63,695 nucleotides of DNA, taken from positions 380 to 64,074 of the forward strand of contig JAUQVK010000013.1 of the NCBI GenBank assembly GCA_039794845.1. Reading direction: 5' to 3'. The stretch comes from Thermostichus sp. DRC_bins_24 (GTDB lineage Bacteria; Cyanobacteriota; Cyanobacteriia; Thermostichales; Thermostichaceae). The notes below the pieces were generated by a model, which was given only the letters and a program-made list of their open reading frames with translations, was not told the origin of the DNA and ran no database searches. The stretch's first letter is position 1. Each line of letters starts with the position of its first letter. Of the stretch, positions 62,835 through 63,695 are shown in pieces. The position numbers and the translations under genes are program-made.

Positions 62835-63695
62835 CTATTTCAACGACCCCTCCACCGAGTCATTCACCGACAACACATCCCGCAGGAACTGATCCTGTTG
62901 CTGGCGCAAGATCCCCAAGTCCGGCCCTTGGTTGAGCAAGACAAAATGGGTGCCATCCGGCAGCTGCCCCACCAACATCAGGCGGTCTACGGCGGATCCC
63001 ACTTGCGCAGAAGTGCCTAGGGGCAAGGTACGCACCCGCAAGGTGCTGTGGCCAATGCCCGCCATGGGCAGGATCCGGGTTGGATCCCCGCCGGTGAAAT
63101 CGATCAGATATTCCCAAAGGTGGGCAAAAGCGCGGGGGGAGAGCTGCAGCCCCTGGTCTGCTTCTCCAAGGCGAATATCCTCCCGTTCGGGAGTCATGGC
63201 CCCATCTAGGTAGGAAATGGGATGGGCCACCAAGCGATGCTGTAGGTACTCCAGCAAGGCCGTTTCACCCCCCAGTTCCGCCAACAGGGCTTCTGCCAGG
63301 GCCCGATCGTTGCTGCCGTTGAGAATTTGCAGCAGGGATCCCAGGCGCAAGGAGGTGTAACTGGCCAAGAAATTGGCCTCTGCAGGCAAGGCCGCCAAAG
63401 GGGATACCGAACCGTTGATGGAAACCGTATGGGGTTGTTCGGAATCCCGGAGGAGCTCCGCCAAGCGCTGACCGCTGGCCAAAGGATCGGTTTGGCCCAC
63501 CAGACGGAAGGAGGGCAACACCTTCACCTCCCCGTCGATCTGGCGAATATTGAAGTTGTGCAAATGGCGGGCCAAGGCTTCTACATTCGCTTCCGTGAAA
63601 TAGGGATCCCCGCCACCGACGATGATCAAATCTCCGGTGAGGCGACGCCCGAGCAAGTGACCTGTGGTGTAAAACCTTGTCTCGAAGCGATGCTC
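62835..63695 (-). CDS. D-Ala-D-Ala carboxypeptidase (peptidase S13)-like, 5' end outside the window
   Basis: Frame open to the window edge; HRFETRFYTTG, GDLIIVGGGDPYF. Confidence 0.7.
   Translation of the reverse strand, partial: EHRFETRFYTTGHLLGRRLTGDLIIVGGGDPYFTEANVEALARHLHNFNIRQIDGEVKVLPSFRLVGQTDPLASGQRLAELLRDSEQPHTVSINGSVSPLAALPAEANFLASYTSLRLGSLLQILNGSNDRALAEALLAELGGETALLEYLQHRLVAHPISYLDGAMTPEREDIRLGEADQGLQLSPRAFAHLWEYLIDFTGGDPTRILPMAGIGHSTLRVRTLPLGTSAQVGSAVDRLMLVGQLPDGTHFVLLNQGPDLGILRQQQDQFLRDVLSVNDSVEGSLK

Overview
Chromosomal segment of a nitrogen-fixing, probably thermophilic unicellular cyanobacterium. The very frequent GGGATCCC palindrome and the gene content suggest Thermostichus / Yellowstone 'Synechococcus' (inference). 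The left end holds a type I-E-like CRISPR array (6 repeats). An MNT-HEPN toxin-antitoxin pair follows, with a dead toxin and a degenerate 7th repeat that abuts nifT. Next is a divergent Mo-nitrogenase cluster (nifB-fdxB-nifSUHDK-nifVZT <- -> orf-dps-orf-orf-nifENX-orf-orf-nifW-fdxH pseudogene, then cnfR) with TGAGTACA motifs between the arms. The rest is mostly housekeeping: cbiG/cobJ, three tRNAs, panB, isiA, secG, ndk, murA, pgm, codA, invertase, a GGDEF-EAL protein and a DICT kinase. Accessory items include an NtcA box + glutamine riboswitch + small DUF4278 gene, an amidohydrolase-etfB-etfA unit behind an NtcA-type promoter, and a gapdh-arsJ operon split by hicBA. A TA-flanked MITE family is also present, with IS630 and TnpB remnants. 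All calls come from reading the sequence; no database searches were run.
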